64,000 bases of DNA from Lingula anatina (Eukaryota; Animalia; Brachiopoda): positions 11,776,587 to 11,840,586 of the forward strand of contig CM120648.1 in the NCBI GenBank assembly GCA_051362555.1, written 5' to 3'. Position 1 is the first letter of the stretch. Every line of letters starts with the position of its first letter. Under the pieces are notes generated by a model, which was given only the letters and a program-made list of their open reading frames with translations, ran no database searches and was not told where the DNA came from. Positions 36,647 through 49,800 of this stretch are shown piece by piece. The translations under genes and the position numbers were made by a program.

Positions 36647-39600
36647 ATGAAAGATATTCCAGCAAACTATACCAGTGCATTGGTCCCTTTTGCTGCCGCC
36701 TCCCTGGACTGCCTGGAGAATGGAAGAAGCAGTGCAAATGAGGACCCATCGCAATCGTGTATTTTGTCAGGTGTAATGAAAAGTAAGTATGGATTTTTTT
36801 AAATCTATAGCACCTAGACTATGTGTTTTAGAGTGTTCAAATTATTACTTGACTTACCTTGCGTCGATGTTAGTCAATCACCTGATTTCCAGGAACTTTC
36901 TTGGAACCGTTCTCGCAAAGACATCCTCAATATGTATAGTGCCTTCAAGCAGAATGCTATTTTTAACTGCACTTACATCTCCTAGATATCTGGTTCTGTG
37001 CAGTTTCCTTTGCACTTTGACCCCAAGGCACTACAAATCTCAAAACAACAAAATTATTGGCCTCTTTCTTCTTTGTGATTGAAAGAGGAAAAAAATGAAA
37101 AGGCAAAAATGTGTCTGCAACTTTCCTCACTGACTTTGCAGCATCTGACAAAAGATCTTTACTTCACTGATAATATTTACTTTGATGCTATAAGGTAAAT
37201 TAAAAGCATGTCTTAAGTGTAAAAGATTTTTGGCATTTTTTTCCTAGAACGGTGCATATGTCACCATGGGTGTATTTTTAACAAATAAGATAGATAAAAA
37301 TTAAGAAATACATTCAGAAAAAATTAAAACAAAAAGTCTGGTGTCAGAATATTCACTGACACATCCCCTGTTCTGTACTGTAACCTCAAGTGAAATTACT
37401 AAAATGATCTCTTTTTCATTGCAGGTGGCAGATTAGCCTGGATCGCAAGAGGAGATGCCTTGGAAGTCGTGAACATTGCCACAGGAGCCAGAAAGGCAGC
37501 TTGGAAGTTTGGCGCTGTTCTTCAAGAAGAAAGAAGTCCCACGATTACCTGCGTAGCAGAATACAGCTTCGCTAATGCTCCAAAGCTTCTGATTGGTTTA
37601 GAAACAGGGGTGCATGCTGGGATGCTGTGCATGTTCGACATTAAGACGTCCAAAGTTGTAAAGGCTGTGGACTTTATGCACAAGGTAAGAGTCATGAAAG
37701 GGCTGTCTTTTTTTGCCGAATTTATACCAATTTATAGATGAAATGGTTTTGAGATTTTGAAAGTTTGTTAGATTTGGCATTGTTTTGTCCTAATTAATAT
37801 GGGATAAAAAGCTTGAACTCAAATAAAGATCAGTTTTTATTTGTGCAGATTATTTAAATTTTCTACAAGACTGTAATAAATATTTTATGTTTATGTGTGT
37901 AAATAACATGTATATATTAATCTTGGTATTTTCACCCAGGTGACAGCAGTAGAACCAGTTACCAATGTCCTGGCCACTGAGGCCCCCCTGCAAGTGCTGT
38001 CGGAACACCTTAGATGTTTCTGTGGAGTGGTTGCCGTGGGAACACAATATGGCCACCTGTATTTGATTGGTGGGTTTCTGTAGTAGATTTTAATTGCTTC
38101 TCTTTAGATTAATTTTTTTTTATTATCATTGTTATTTGTTTGTTTATTTACATATATTTAGTTGAAACCCCAACAAGAAGTTAACTAATACTCTAAGGTA
38201 CCCAGCACATTGTCACATGATAAAGTAATACCATTAAATGTATTAAAATTATATACCTTTTTATTTTTGTTATTATTAAAATTAATTATTATTCCTTTTT
38301 AGATATGTGTCTTGATGATTCACATGATGATTCAGATGAGCTTCTGCCGCATGCGCTACATGTGTTTACGACCAAGGCACGTGACGTGATGAGACGCAGA
38401 GATGATGCACTGACAAGAGGAGAGATTCTGGCGCTACATCTCAATAGTAAGATGATGCATGAACCTAAGGAATTAGCAGTTAGTGAAATAGGCCCGTGGT
38501 AGTACATTTCTTTTTGGGGGGAGTATTCTTCAAGTATGCCATCTGTGTCAAAAACTTTAAAACCTTATGGTACTTTCATTCTACTGACCCAAAGCAGCAA
38601 CAGTAGCCAGTAACAGCAAAAACTTTACATGCTTCTAGTCTGTGGGATGAGGCCAGTATTTACATCAAAGAATGAGAGTGCCCTGTATCTTTTATACAGC
38701 AATGATAACTGCCTATGTCTGAGCAAGTTGCTCCAACATTGTGTAAGGAATAATTGAATAAGTAAAGATTTAGAAATATGAAATATGAAATATGCTCATT
38801 GCCCTTCTTCCTGATTAAAATATTCTTTTTTGTCTGTATTTTCAGATAATGCTCAAGTCAGAGGGACATTCCAATATGTCCAACCTGATGGAGAGTTGCT
38901 AGAGTCCTACATTGCAGGTATCTGAGCTTTTTTTTTCTGATTTCATATTTTTTATTTACTATTTCATCTTTTTATATTTTTTTAATTACTCAGGCATTGC
39001 AAAATCACTTTTTTTTAACTCCAGAGGAGGTATTTGTGAGTAGCCTGAAGTTTGTTCACCCTATTGTAAATAAGCGTAGTGTAATTGCATCAGAATTGAC
39101 AGTAGACTATATTGTGCATCATTATTTTCTGCATTTTTTCTGTACATTTGACAGCTTTGCTGCTGTGTTTAAAATTACCCAAGCATTGTAAAATCACATC
39201 CTTTTTTTATTCCAGAGGAGGTATTTGTGACCAGCCTGAAGTTTGTTCACCCTATAGGTACTCTGATCGTGGGATTTAACTTTGGTTGTTTCCAGATGTG
39301 GAGGCTGTATGAACCTGTGCTAGAGTAAGTGGGACCTTTAAGAATAATGAAGTTGAATTGCATCTTATGATAAATCATTATGTTATTATCAAAATGTCTT
39401 TGCAAGTGGCATTTCTACTTTTTTCTTCAGACAAATAATGTTTTTTTCCTAATTGGTGACAGCTCATTAATAGTTAACCAAACACTGCATTGGTCCAAAA
39501 GAAAATGGATTTAAATAACTAAAACTTATGTTTATTTTTCATTTGTTTGTTTAAGAAAAATTCTGTGTTTAATTTCTGTTCCAGTTTCAGTTCTAAGTTA

Positions 39601-42600
39601 GACATTGACGACGTATGCCCCATCACACACTTTGCCTACCAAGAACCAGAAAATGATCCGCGGAACTTCTGTTACCTCTGGGTCGCGAGAGGGCCTCTGC
39701 CGTCTGATGCAGGGTGAGTGCAATACTTGCTCATAATGTCACAGTTAACACACTGTCACATCTTACACACTGTCACACCTAACACAATCATTTAAGTAGA
39801 GTTATGCCCTACAGGCCATTAGGCATATATACCCTGTATATACTTTCAAATAATAGTTGTATATTTATATTTTATATTCAAAATTCTTATATTTAAATTG
39901 TCAGTTGAAATATTTCTTGGTTTCCTCAAATGTGTTTGTCTTCATTATATATAGGACTTTGATAAACTTTCATATTACAGTTATAGATTTATATTTTATA
40001 TTCAGTATTCTTTGTATTAATAAGTGTAATATATTTTTGGTCTCTTCAGGCAGGACATTGTCAGTACAGTCCAGTTGTATCAGCTCTCCTTCCAGCGCAG
40101 GATATGGTATGACAGTTATGGTGTGCTATATGAGGTGAGGAAAAGGAATTAGACAACAAATCTGGCAAATATACATACATTACAGTGAATATGTATTGTG
40201 TATTTTTAAAATTCCTATGCTACACAAACATCATAAGTTGCCAAGGGTCAATTGGACCAAGGCATCAGATATATATATAAATTGTATATATATGAGTCTC
40301 TCTCTCATCAAGTATTTCTATTTTATCTCTTTCCTTTCTGAAACCCCTGTTACTTTATTCCCTCTATTCCATAATATATCTTCACTTTCAGGACTTGTTA
40401 TCTGTGGGAGTTAGACTAGAACACGAGCTGCTTACGACCAACCTAAGTGCCTACCACGAGAATGTGGGGAGTCGTGTGATCTCATGTTTCACTGTGGAGA
40501 ACCAAAGATATCAGAGACCTCCCAGGATAGAGACTGAGGACTCCTTTGATGAAGGTGATATAACAATTGTGTTGGAGTCTCATAAGAATTTGAGACTAAA
40601 TGTTTTTCTTTTTCATTCAGGCCAAAAAATTCATTCAATTTTGCCATGAAATGAATGGGCATTATTTTACCTGTGATCTTGTCTTCTTTTATCCTAACTG
40701 AAAAGTTGTATTTAGTTGTGTGCAGAAGATGTATAATACACAAATGATACTAAGTAGGCAAGTATCTTAAAATTCTTGAATTCATGAATAAGACTAAAAA
40801 TTGACCTTGCACATCTCAAATTAAATGGCTTATGTTATTTATTGGAGCGTCATATTTCATGATTTCCCTCCTCCTCTCCCCCAGGTGCTCATGGACCAGA
40901 CCTTAGTCTGTGTCTATTTGCCTGGGAGGTGACGTCCTCGGCAGACCCCAGCAAGACCACCTGTTATCTGGGCCTCTTTGACATGAACCGCTGGTACCAT
41001 GCCCAGATGCCTGTGGCTGTCAGGTAGGTTAATTTATGTGACCTGAATTGGTGTGATAATTAATGTGACCTAGATTTTTTGTTAGATATTATTATTATTA
41101 TTATTATTTTTTTTTTTTTTGTAGCATGAATTAAATGTGAAGTAGTTGACAAGTAAAAATTTCAACCAAACAAAGGATTTATCTTTAGTTTGAGGCAATG
41201 TTGAGAATAAGTGGATATTTCGTGGTTGCTCATCTAACAGTTTTTTATCAGCTTGCCATTAACAGTTAATAATTCACATAAATATATGTAGAATTTGATC
41301 CGTAGAATTCTATAAAATTTGTATTTATACAAGCTGTGCCTATTTTTCAGATATTCTTCCGCCCACCCAGACTTGTGTGCATTTTTTGGCATGTTTTCTC
41401 TAGACAGTGTTGTCAAGGTTACCGAGCCAGATGACATATTGGTAAGTGTTTTCCGCAGTATGGACAAAGCTTCCTGGTATTTGCATTTTTACCAAAATTG
41501 AGTAACAGCTACTTGGAGTCAATATTTGCTTCTTTCATATTTTGTGTTGAACTCTCTGCAATGTAAAGGCATTTATGCCATCTGATTTTAACTGTAGAGT
41601 TGGTGTTATATTTGGTGTAACATCAAATATGATATTGTTGTGGTCGAGACAGTGATTTCATTAAGTGTGTTAGTTGAGACAGTGGCTGTGACACATTGTG
41701 TTTTTTCCTCCAGGCTGTCCATGTGGACTGGGACACAGTAACTCGCTACCTCTCCCACTATGTACCTCCACCAGAGCTGCAGTTCTTCCCCTCTTCTTTA
41801 GCCTTCAGTGAGTATTAGCTTGGTGTGTCACTCCTGGGAAAACTGGGGCACAGAAAAATAATTTTTATTTTTTTTTTTTATCATTTATTTATTTATTTAT
41901 TTTTGCTTTTGAGACGCCAATGTCTAGCAGAAATTAGCCAAGAACTGAACTAATTTTACAAAATTTTATCAGCCCAATTGTGTATTTATTATCAATTAAA
42001 TGAGGGGTCAGTTTAACTCTTGTAGGGTTGTGCTGTGGCAAGTGCTGTAACACCTACCAATATTGATGTGACATTTAGATGTAGGGTGAAAATGTCATGT
42101 TTTATAGGTAGAAGATAACTTTTAAAGCCTTTTTAGTCTAAGAAAACCTTTTTACCATCACCACTGAAGATGAAAAAAAAAACTCATTATCACCACTTTA
42201 TTTTTTGCTGGTTAAAATATGTCTTATTTCTAGATGCAACTTGTGTGACAGAGACAGGAGTCATCCAAGCAAGATTCCTAGGAATTCAGAGACAGGTAGG
42301 GGACATGACATACGTTTTTGAAGATTTATAAAACAGCATAGTCATTAAAAAGATTCTAAGCTACTTAATGTGTTGTAATAAACTTTAACAAGATGATTAT
42401 ACCATTGACTGTTTTAGATTAGAAGCCTGTGGCAAAAATTGGCATAAGTTGTTAAGTATTGTTTACTGTAAATGCAGCCTAGTAATAAGAATGAGAATTT
42501 TAAGCAGTACTGTGATATATGTGTAGACAAGTATAAAACAACATATCGACCCTTTCCATTTTCCAGCTGAATAATATACAAAGGCATATTAGGATCTTTT

Positions 42601-45600
42601 TGACCAACAATGACATATACCTCCTTCCACCACATATTGGCCAATTCGTGCTTACCTTTAATACCTACGTTTTCCAGTAAAACACGGTCTCCTACCTGAG
42701 GGAATACACCACACGCCTGAAGGTCATACCTACTCTTATTGTCAGATCTTTTCTTTTCCATTCTTCTGTTTGCTATTCCATAGGCTGTTTCCAATCTGTC
42801 TCGTACCTTACCTATGTATTCATCATAGTCTTCATGCTCGTCCTCTGTGTACAATTCGAACATTACATCTACCCCAAGACTGGAGGCCCTCCCGAACATT
42901 AGGTAAAAGGGGCTGTACCCAGTGGATTCGTGCACAGTGCAATTATATGTATGTACTAATGAAAACAAATGGACTTTCCAGTTTTCCTTATGTTCATCAC
43001 TGAGAGTACGAAACATGCTTATCAAAGTTCTATTGAACCGTTCAGTAACTGCATTTCCCATTGGACGATTAAGACTTGTCCTAGACTTCTCCACATCAAG
43101 CATATTACACATTTGTTTTATTACTCTCGAAGTTTCGCCCCTGACCACTATGCAGTCTCAATGGAAACCCATAATGCACCATGAAATTGTCATGAAGTAC
43201 CTTTGCTGCTGTCTCCGCTGACTCTTTCTTCATTGGTATCGCCCATGCATATTTTGTGAACACATCCGTAACTACTAAGATGTTACTTATCTTTCCCCGT
43301 GATTCTTCTAGCCCTAAAAAATCCATAGACACCAATTCCATGGGCTGTGAAGCAACTAAGTGGTCCATTTGAGCTCTTTCAGGTAAATGTGGGCTCTTCT
43401 CCAGCTGACATGACCTACAATTCTTTACTTTGTTTCTCACAAAGTTAGTCATGCCTGGCCAAATAACCCATTCTTTTAAAGTAAAAAGTGTTCTATCTCT
43501 ACCCATATCATCATGAGAAGTAAAAAAAAAACTATTTTGCCAAGCTGTCAGTATTACCAACCGATTCCTGTGATACAAAACATCATCTCTCACCTTAAGC
43601 TTCTTCCAGGATCTCTGGAAAGGCTTCATTCTTTCTTATCGAGGAAGGTCTTTTAACTCACCTGAAGTACCAATCACTTCCAATAATTGGGCTGTTCTCG
43701 GGTCGTTGTCTGTGTCCTCCAATTTCGTGGTCGTACGAATGGGGATTTCAGGGGGGATGGGTAAGATAAGAGTTTATTCAGCCATTAATATATAAATACA
43801 AAATTCATATAAAAGGGAAATTGGACTGCTATTCGGGTTACAAATTATAAATAAATTATAAATAAATAAATTATAAATTTCCATTTTTGTTGTTAAAATA
43901 AGACACAGCAGATGGGTAAAAACTCTTTAAAAACCTTTTAGATCCCTTAAAAGTTAAAAGCCTGCAGTTGCTCGGTAAAAATTAAAAAATTTGGGTTGTC
44001 CAAACCTACGCCAGGGACGTTCTCGGGGACTTGTCTATCTCCTTCCTATTCGTAATTGTGCAAATAGGGATGTCACGGTCAGAAGGAGGGTGTACAAGCC
44101 ACATGGGTAGCTCTCCACACTTATATTTACGCACTCGTTGGCAATACTTGACGAGAAGAGTTCTGATACCACCAATGTCGTAAAAAAAGTCTCTCTGAAG
44201 GTGCATAATGAGCACTCCGTGTATCTTCACATAACCAACAATTCATACGACAGTAAATGACGATCTGCGGCCTCTGAATAGTCTGAAAGTATACAGAGTT
44301 AATGAACAGAGTTATTGGCTGAATTATGGTATCGGAATAGCAGTGCTGGTCATTACAGTTGTTACTTCGTCTCACCTTGGTTGATCGCAAACCAAGACAT
44401 CACAACAGTGAAAATTCTTCTCTGCTGAACAATAGCACATTCCGTTCACTGTAAAGGAAGGGTCAGGTTTTCAATCAGTTGCATCTTTCTCCAAGTTTAG
44501 ATCTCACAGAGTTCATCAATGTCCACATAAATATAACATTGGAAACAGGAATAGTCAGCAAAATCCTGTCGACTGCGCCATTTGTAGCTGAGTATAAAAC
44601 AACAAATTGACTATGCTGTAAATAAGCAAAAGGTCCTTTATTCTAATTTCCACATACATCAGACGAACTTCTACTGACCCAAAATAACAAAGAATAGTAT
44701 GGCGCGGGGAACTTTTATATCCTCTCACATGACTGAAAAAGCGGGAATACTTGAGGCAATACCTTGATATCTTGTAACCCTGTTACATATGCATATTGGG
44801 GTTTAAGAAAGAGGTGAGAGGTTTTCTTCCACTTAAGCAAGTTATAACCAAACTTATTATTTTTATAGGCTCTTTCTCAGCTTGTTTGGAGAGGTCCCAT
44901 TGGTCTTGTGGAGCCATTTGAAGTGTTCAATTCCTGCCTCGGTGCTGGACTTTTACCCAAGAGTGTCGAGCTGGCCGCTAGTAACTTGACTGCAGTATGT
45001 ATATTTGTATATATATGTGTGTATATATATATATAGCTTGTGTTTGTATAGTATGCATGTGCATATGTTTTCAAGAATAAGGGCAATGTTTTACTTGATT
45101 GCAATGCCTTTGATTTATCAAGTGTCACATTTGACTAAAATTTTGGTCTGGTGTGTGTGCGTGTGTGTCTGTGTGGACTGCAAAAGTATGGCATGCATAT
45201 TTATTGTATGTATAGTATTCATATTTATCATATGTATATGTATAGTATGCATTTGTATAGTAAAAATATGTATAGGATGCATATGTTTCCAGGAATATGT
45301 GCAATAGATTATTTAATTGGAATGTCACCTATTTATCTTAGGTCAAATTTGATAAAATTTAGGTTTTAAGTTTCTTTGTGAAACTGATGAACAAACATTT
45401 GTTTGAAGAGTGAATGAGATGTGTTTGTTTACATTGCAGCAAGCACAGAGAGAAAACTTGCTGTCTGTTGCCCTTAACCATGGTGCCGCAGGGTTCATTA
45501 CATCGTGTGTCTCCCAGTTTGCAGAAGGAGGTAGGAAAGTGATGTAATGAGGCGCAGAGACATGTCTGTTAGTCCTTGATCTGTTGAAATTAGCTATTGA

Positions 45601-46731
45601 AATGTCATTTTTGTCTCAATTTCTATTCACCTAATTTTGAGACATGTTAGACTTGGAATAATATATATTTGATTGGTTACAAGAAGTTGAAAAACATGTC
45701 TTTGACATTTTTTCATTGATTTGAATCAAATTTTTTGTTTTCTTATTTTCCACATGAGAATACAGTTAGATATTTCTGTGAAAGTTTATTAAGTTTCTTG
45801 TATGGATAACAAAGTTGAGTGACCTATAAACCATCATGACATCATTCCAGAGTTTGTTCATGCAGGATGCACCTTGCGGTTTATTCTGGACTGGGCTTGG
45901 GGCAAAGTGGCGCAAGTGAAAGACTCATTGGACAAATTGTGTAAGTATTCAGATATTTATTTATTTATTTTATTGTTGTTGTTGTCTAACCTTCATCCCA
46001 TAATGTTTTCAGACTACTTCGTTATTGTTTTTCTTTGCCAGATTGTTATTTCCATGTATTTATTAATCCCCTTTCATTTATATTCATTTTTTTCTTTGAA
46101 AACCCTCGTTTTATGAACCACCACCTCTCTCCTCTCTCAGGTGTGCCTTTGTATGACTGTTCGGGGATGCCCTTAGAGCAGCAGGGGCTCCAGTTGTTCC
46201 ACCAGCACCAGCTCCAACTGACCAACCTGCAGACCATTGTCCAGGTGCTGATGACCAACTCTGGACCCTCTACTAGCCAAGGTAAGTATTTTTTATATAC
46301 TTTTTTCACTCTGTACAACAGTCACAAAATGCACAATTTACTATAACAGATCATTTACAGCACTGTGACAAAAGGGACACATTGACACTGTCACCTATTA
46401 CAGAGGCAGTGTCACTTCATTCTGAACAATCTTTTGTGATCAAAACAAATGATCTCATGTTATTCATAGAGAACCTACACACAAATAAATTGCCATCACA
46501 TAATTATGAATTATGTTTATATAATTGCAGGTCTTGGTGACTTGGACATGAAGTTTAGGGTGGTGACATTGATAAATCAGTTCTACCAGGCTGTGTCTTG
46601 GTGCCTTAGTAACAACTTACTTCCAGAGTTTGATGGTATGTTTGCAGTTAATCCTGAATTGAACTTTTTGATTACAAAACGATGTTTTCTAACATTTATA
46701 AAAAGATTGATTGTATTTGATATTTGTTTGC

Positions 46732-46822
<91 letters not shown>

Positions 46823-49800
46823 TTGTAAGGTTAATTATTCATGTATTAATTCATTTTATCTGTTAGAATTTTTTTAGCTAATACATTTTAGGCGGTTTAC
46901 TTTATGTAATATTTTCAATCATTTTCCCTACAGAAGCAGAGTCTCCCCCTAGTGGCCAGTACTGTTACCCTGCCTCTGTCCTCAGCCATGAGTACCAGGC
47001 CAGGCGACAACAGATTAGCAGACTGCACAGGTAGATATTGTCTCAGACACAGAGATTTTCAGATGGTGCAATCTGATCATGGCAGTTGTCTCACACATAA
47101 TTGGACTGAGCATGGATACAGATTTTTATTTCATACGTCACGCCCCCAAAAACATATTTCTTATCTCCCTAACCTACTTATCCTATTCTAACCTCCTCCT
47201 TTAGATGTTTAAAAAGTTTCATTAGTTTGGTGAATAATGCTTTTTAATAGAGATTAAAAATCACTTTTATCACATACTGAGCAATTTCTCTTTATCACAA
47301 ATAGAGAATGAGAGATATTTTGATGTACTGATCTGAGGAGGATGATGAATGTCACATGGATATATCTTATCTGAGTATGGATATTTTCTGAGTTTGTGAC
47401 AAAAGGTTCATTTCTGTCCTCTCCCACTGGGTTATTTCAGTGATATCCAGAAGATAACCTACACACAGAATCACAAATAAATTATCTTTTCATCTCTGTC
47501 CACTCCTACTGGGTTATTTCAGTGATATCCAGAAGATAACCTACACACAGAATCACAAATAAATTATCTTTTCATCTCTGTCCTCACCTACTGGGTTATT
47601 TCAGTGATATCCAGAAGAGAACCTACACACATAAATCACAAAATAAATTGCCTTTCATCTCTGTCCACTCCTACTGGGTTATTTCAGTGATATCCTGGAG
47701 ACAGACCTTCTCATGATAGATGGGATGATAGACGAAGAAGCTGCGGCTGTCAGGGCTCTCTGGAGTAAACAGGGCGGAGCTGGGCTCTACCCTCCCAAGA
47801 GTCTACATGTAAGTGTGTATGCCTCTAGGGAATACTCTAGGGAATACTGGTATTTTGTTGGTAGTAAGAGGGAAAGGTTGACAGAGACTGCTTATACACG
47901 TGTGCAGGGTTTAGATTTTTCTGACTATCGGGGGATTTACGACCTTTTGGGAACCAAACATATTATTGGCCTAGGCAGCCCCCCGGACTCCATTCCATGT
48001 ATTTCTGATTTTTTCACTAAATGGCAGTCTCGTCCCTGTATGAGTCTTGATGTTCAACACGAGTGGGTACACATACTTGCATTGACAAGTACACACTGGT
48101 GAAGCTTCCAGTAAAACACAAAGAGACTGTACACGAACTTTAAAAAAATTAATCCATCTATTTAGCTAAAACAAATTTTACATCATAATGGGCCCAAAAA
48201 TGTGATATTAATTATACTTTTCATTATTTTTAACTGTTTTGTAACCATATTCCAGGCTTTACTGACAATATATTTGTTGGAGAATATCTCTCTGGCCAGT
48301 AAACATAGTCTGGTGGCTTATTTCTTCCTGGACCTCATCTCTATGATGGGAGAGAAGGATCAGAATGTGAGTAGAAGAGATGAATGTGCATTTTGTCATT
48401 GTTTTTTTACTTAATAATAAGAATAATAATATACAGTAGACATCTCACCCAAACTGTAATTCTATAGTAAACAAGCCAGGCAAAGCTTGTAAATGTGCAG
48501 ACAAGCTTTAACACTTTAAATTTAAATGTTAAAATCCTGTACCTGTCACTTGTAATTTAGCTATCGAATTTGACGCCAATTTGAATCATGACAGTGACAA
48601 CTACGTTTTTATATTTTTATGTGCTAATTATTAATTGTTTACTTATTAATTGTTTACAGTTGGTAGACAGACTGAGCAGGTTCTGCCAAGCCATACACCT
48701 TCCTCAGAGTAGAACTAGAATGATACAGGGGTTTTGGCTGCTGGATCATAAAGACTTTGAGGTAAGATATTCTCACAAGTTTAGGATTTAATGTGCTAGA
48801 AAAGTGGTTGAAATAGTATAATATCAGTTCTCTGGATGTTAAATGGAAGATGAATTAGTTAACGAGTTGTTTGTGAATTACGAGGTTTTGAGGTATTGGA
48901 TTTGAATGGCATGATGATATGCAGAAGACAATTTTTAAACCAAAGAAAAAAATGTGCAGTTTTGCGACAATTGCTTTATTATCACCATTCTGACTCCCAC
49001 ATCTTTGTGGTTGGTATGTTTTTAAACTTTTGAGGTAAAACATAATTTATGCTGGAGTGACTCAGGTTAGATTATTTTATGTTAAATCCAATATACTTCA
49101 TTGTTCAAATCACCAACACTTATTCTATTTTATAAACCACATTTCACATGGTTCTTTGGTTTCTTTCTCAGGAGGCTGTCCTACTCCTCCTAGACCCTAT
49201 GCTGCTAGAGGAGATGTTACCATGGCAACATAACAGAATCATCAAAGCATTCCTGTACCAGGGAGAGGAGAAGATCGCCCTCAAGTTCTTACGTGTGAAG
49301 AAGCCCCCTCTGGTGACCCCCGAGGATGTCAGGTTACACCTCACTGTGTTGCTGGCCAATGGGTAAGTGATGGGGTCATAGGTCAGAGATTGGGAAATCT
49401 GTGATTTGAAACTTGTCTGTGACTTTGAATGTCTCAGGCCTTAGATCATTTAGACAAGAAGGCCTTAGAAAATCACCAATCCTTAACAAAATTGAAAAGT
49501 CTAAATATAAAATTGTAGGTATTAGAAAAATGATTTGGAACAAACAAAATTTATTTCAACAAGTGTGATTCTTTAAAAAATCAGTTTTTTACCAACTGTC
49601 ATTTATTCTGTTTCTTGATTTTTCGTTAAATGTCTGTACATGTGCCATCTTTGACATCTATTTTTGATTAATTTCATTTTAATCAGAAATCTAAAGCTTT
49701 GAATACCAGAAACTGTTTATAAAAATTCATGTGTTTTTTTCCCTCATCTTTCCAGCCTGATATCCGAAGCCTTTGAATACCAGAAAGTGTGCAGTAATAA

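Noticed and set aside
44560-44582. tRNA-like sequence ending in CCA
   Set aside because: Only the ~19-nt 3' end is present, next to an LTR; it is a primer-binding site, not a tRNA gene
47407-47710. CRISPR-like regular repeat
   Set aside because: Eukaryotic intron; the spacers are near-identical, so it is a plain tandem repeat, and there are no cas genes
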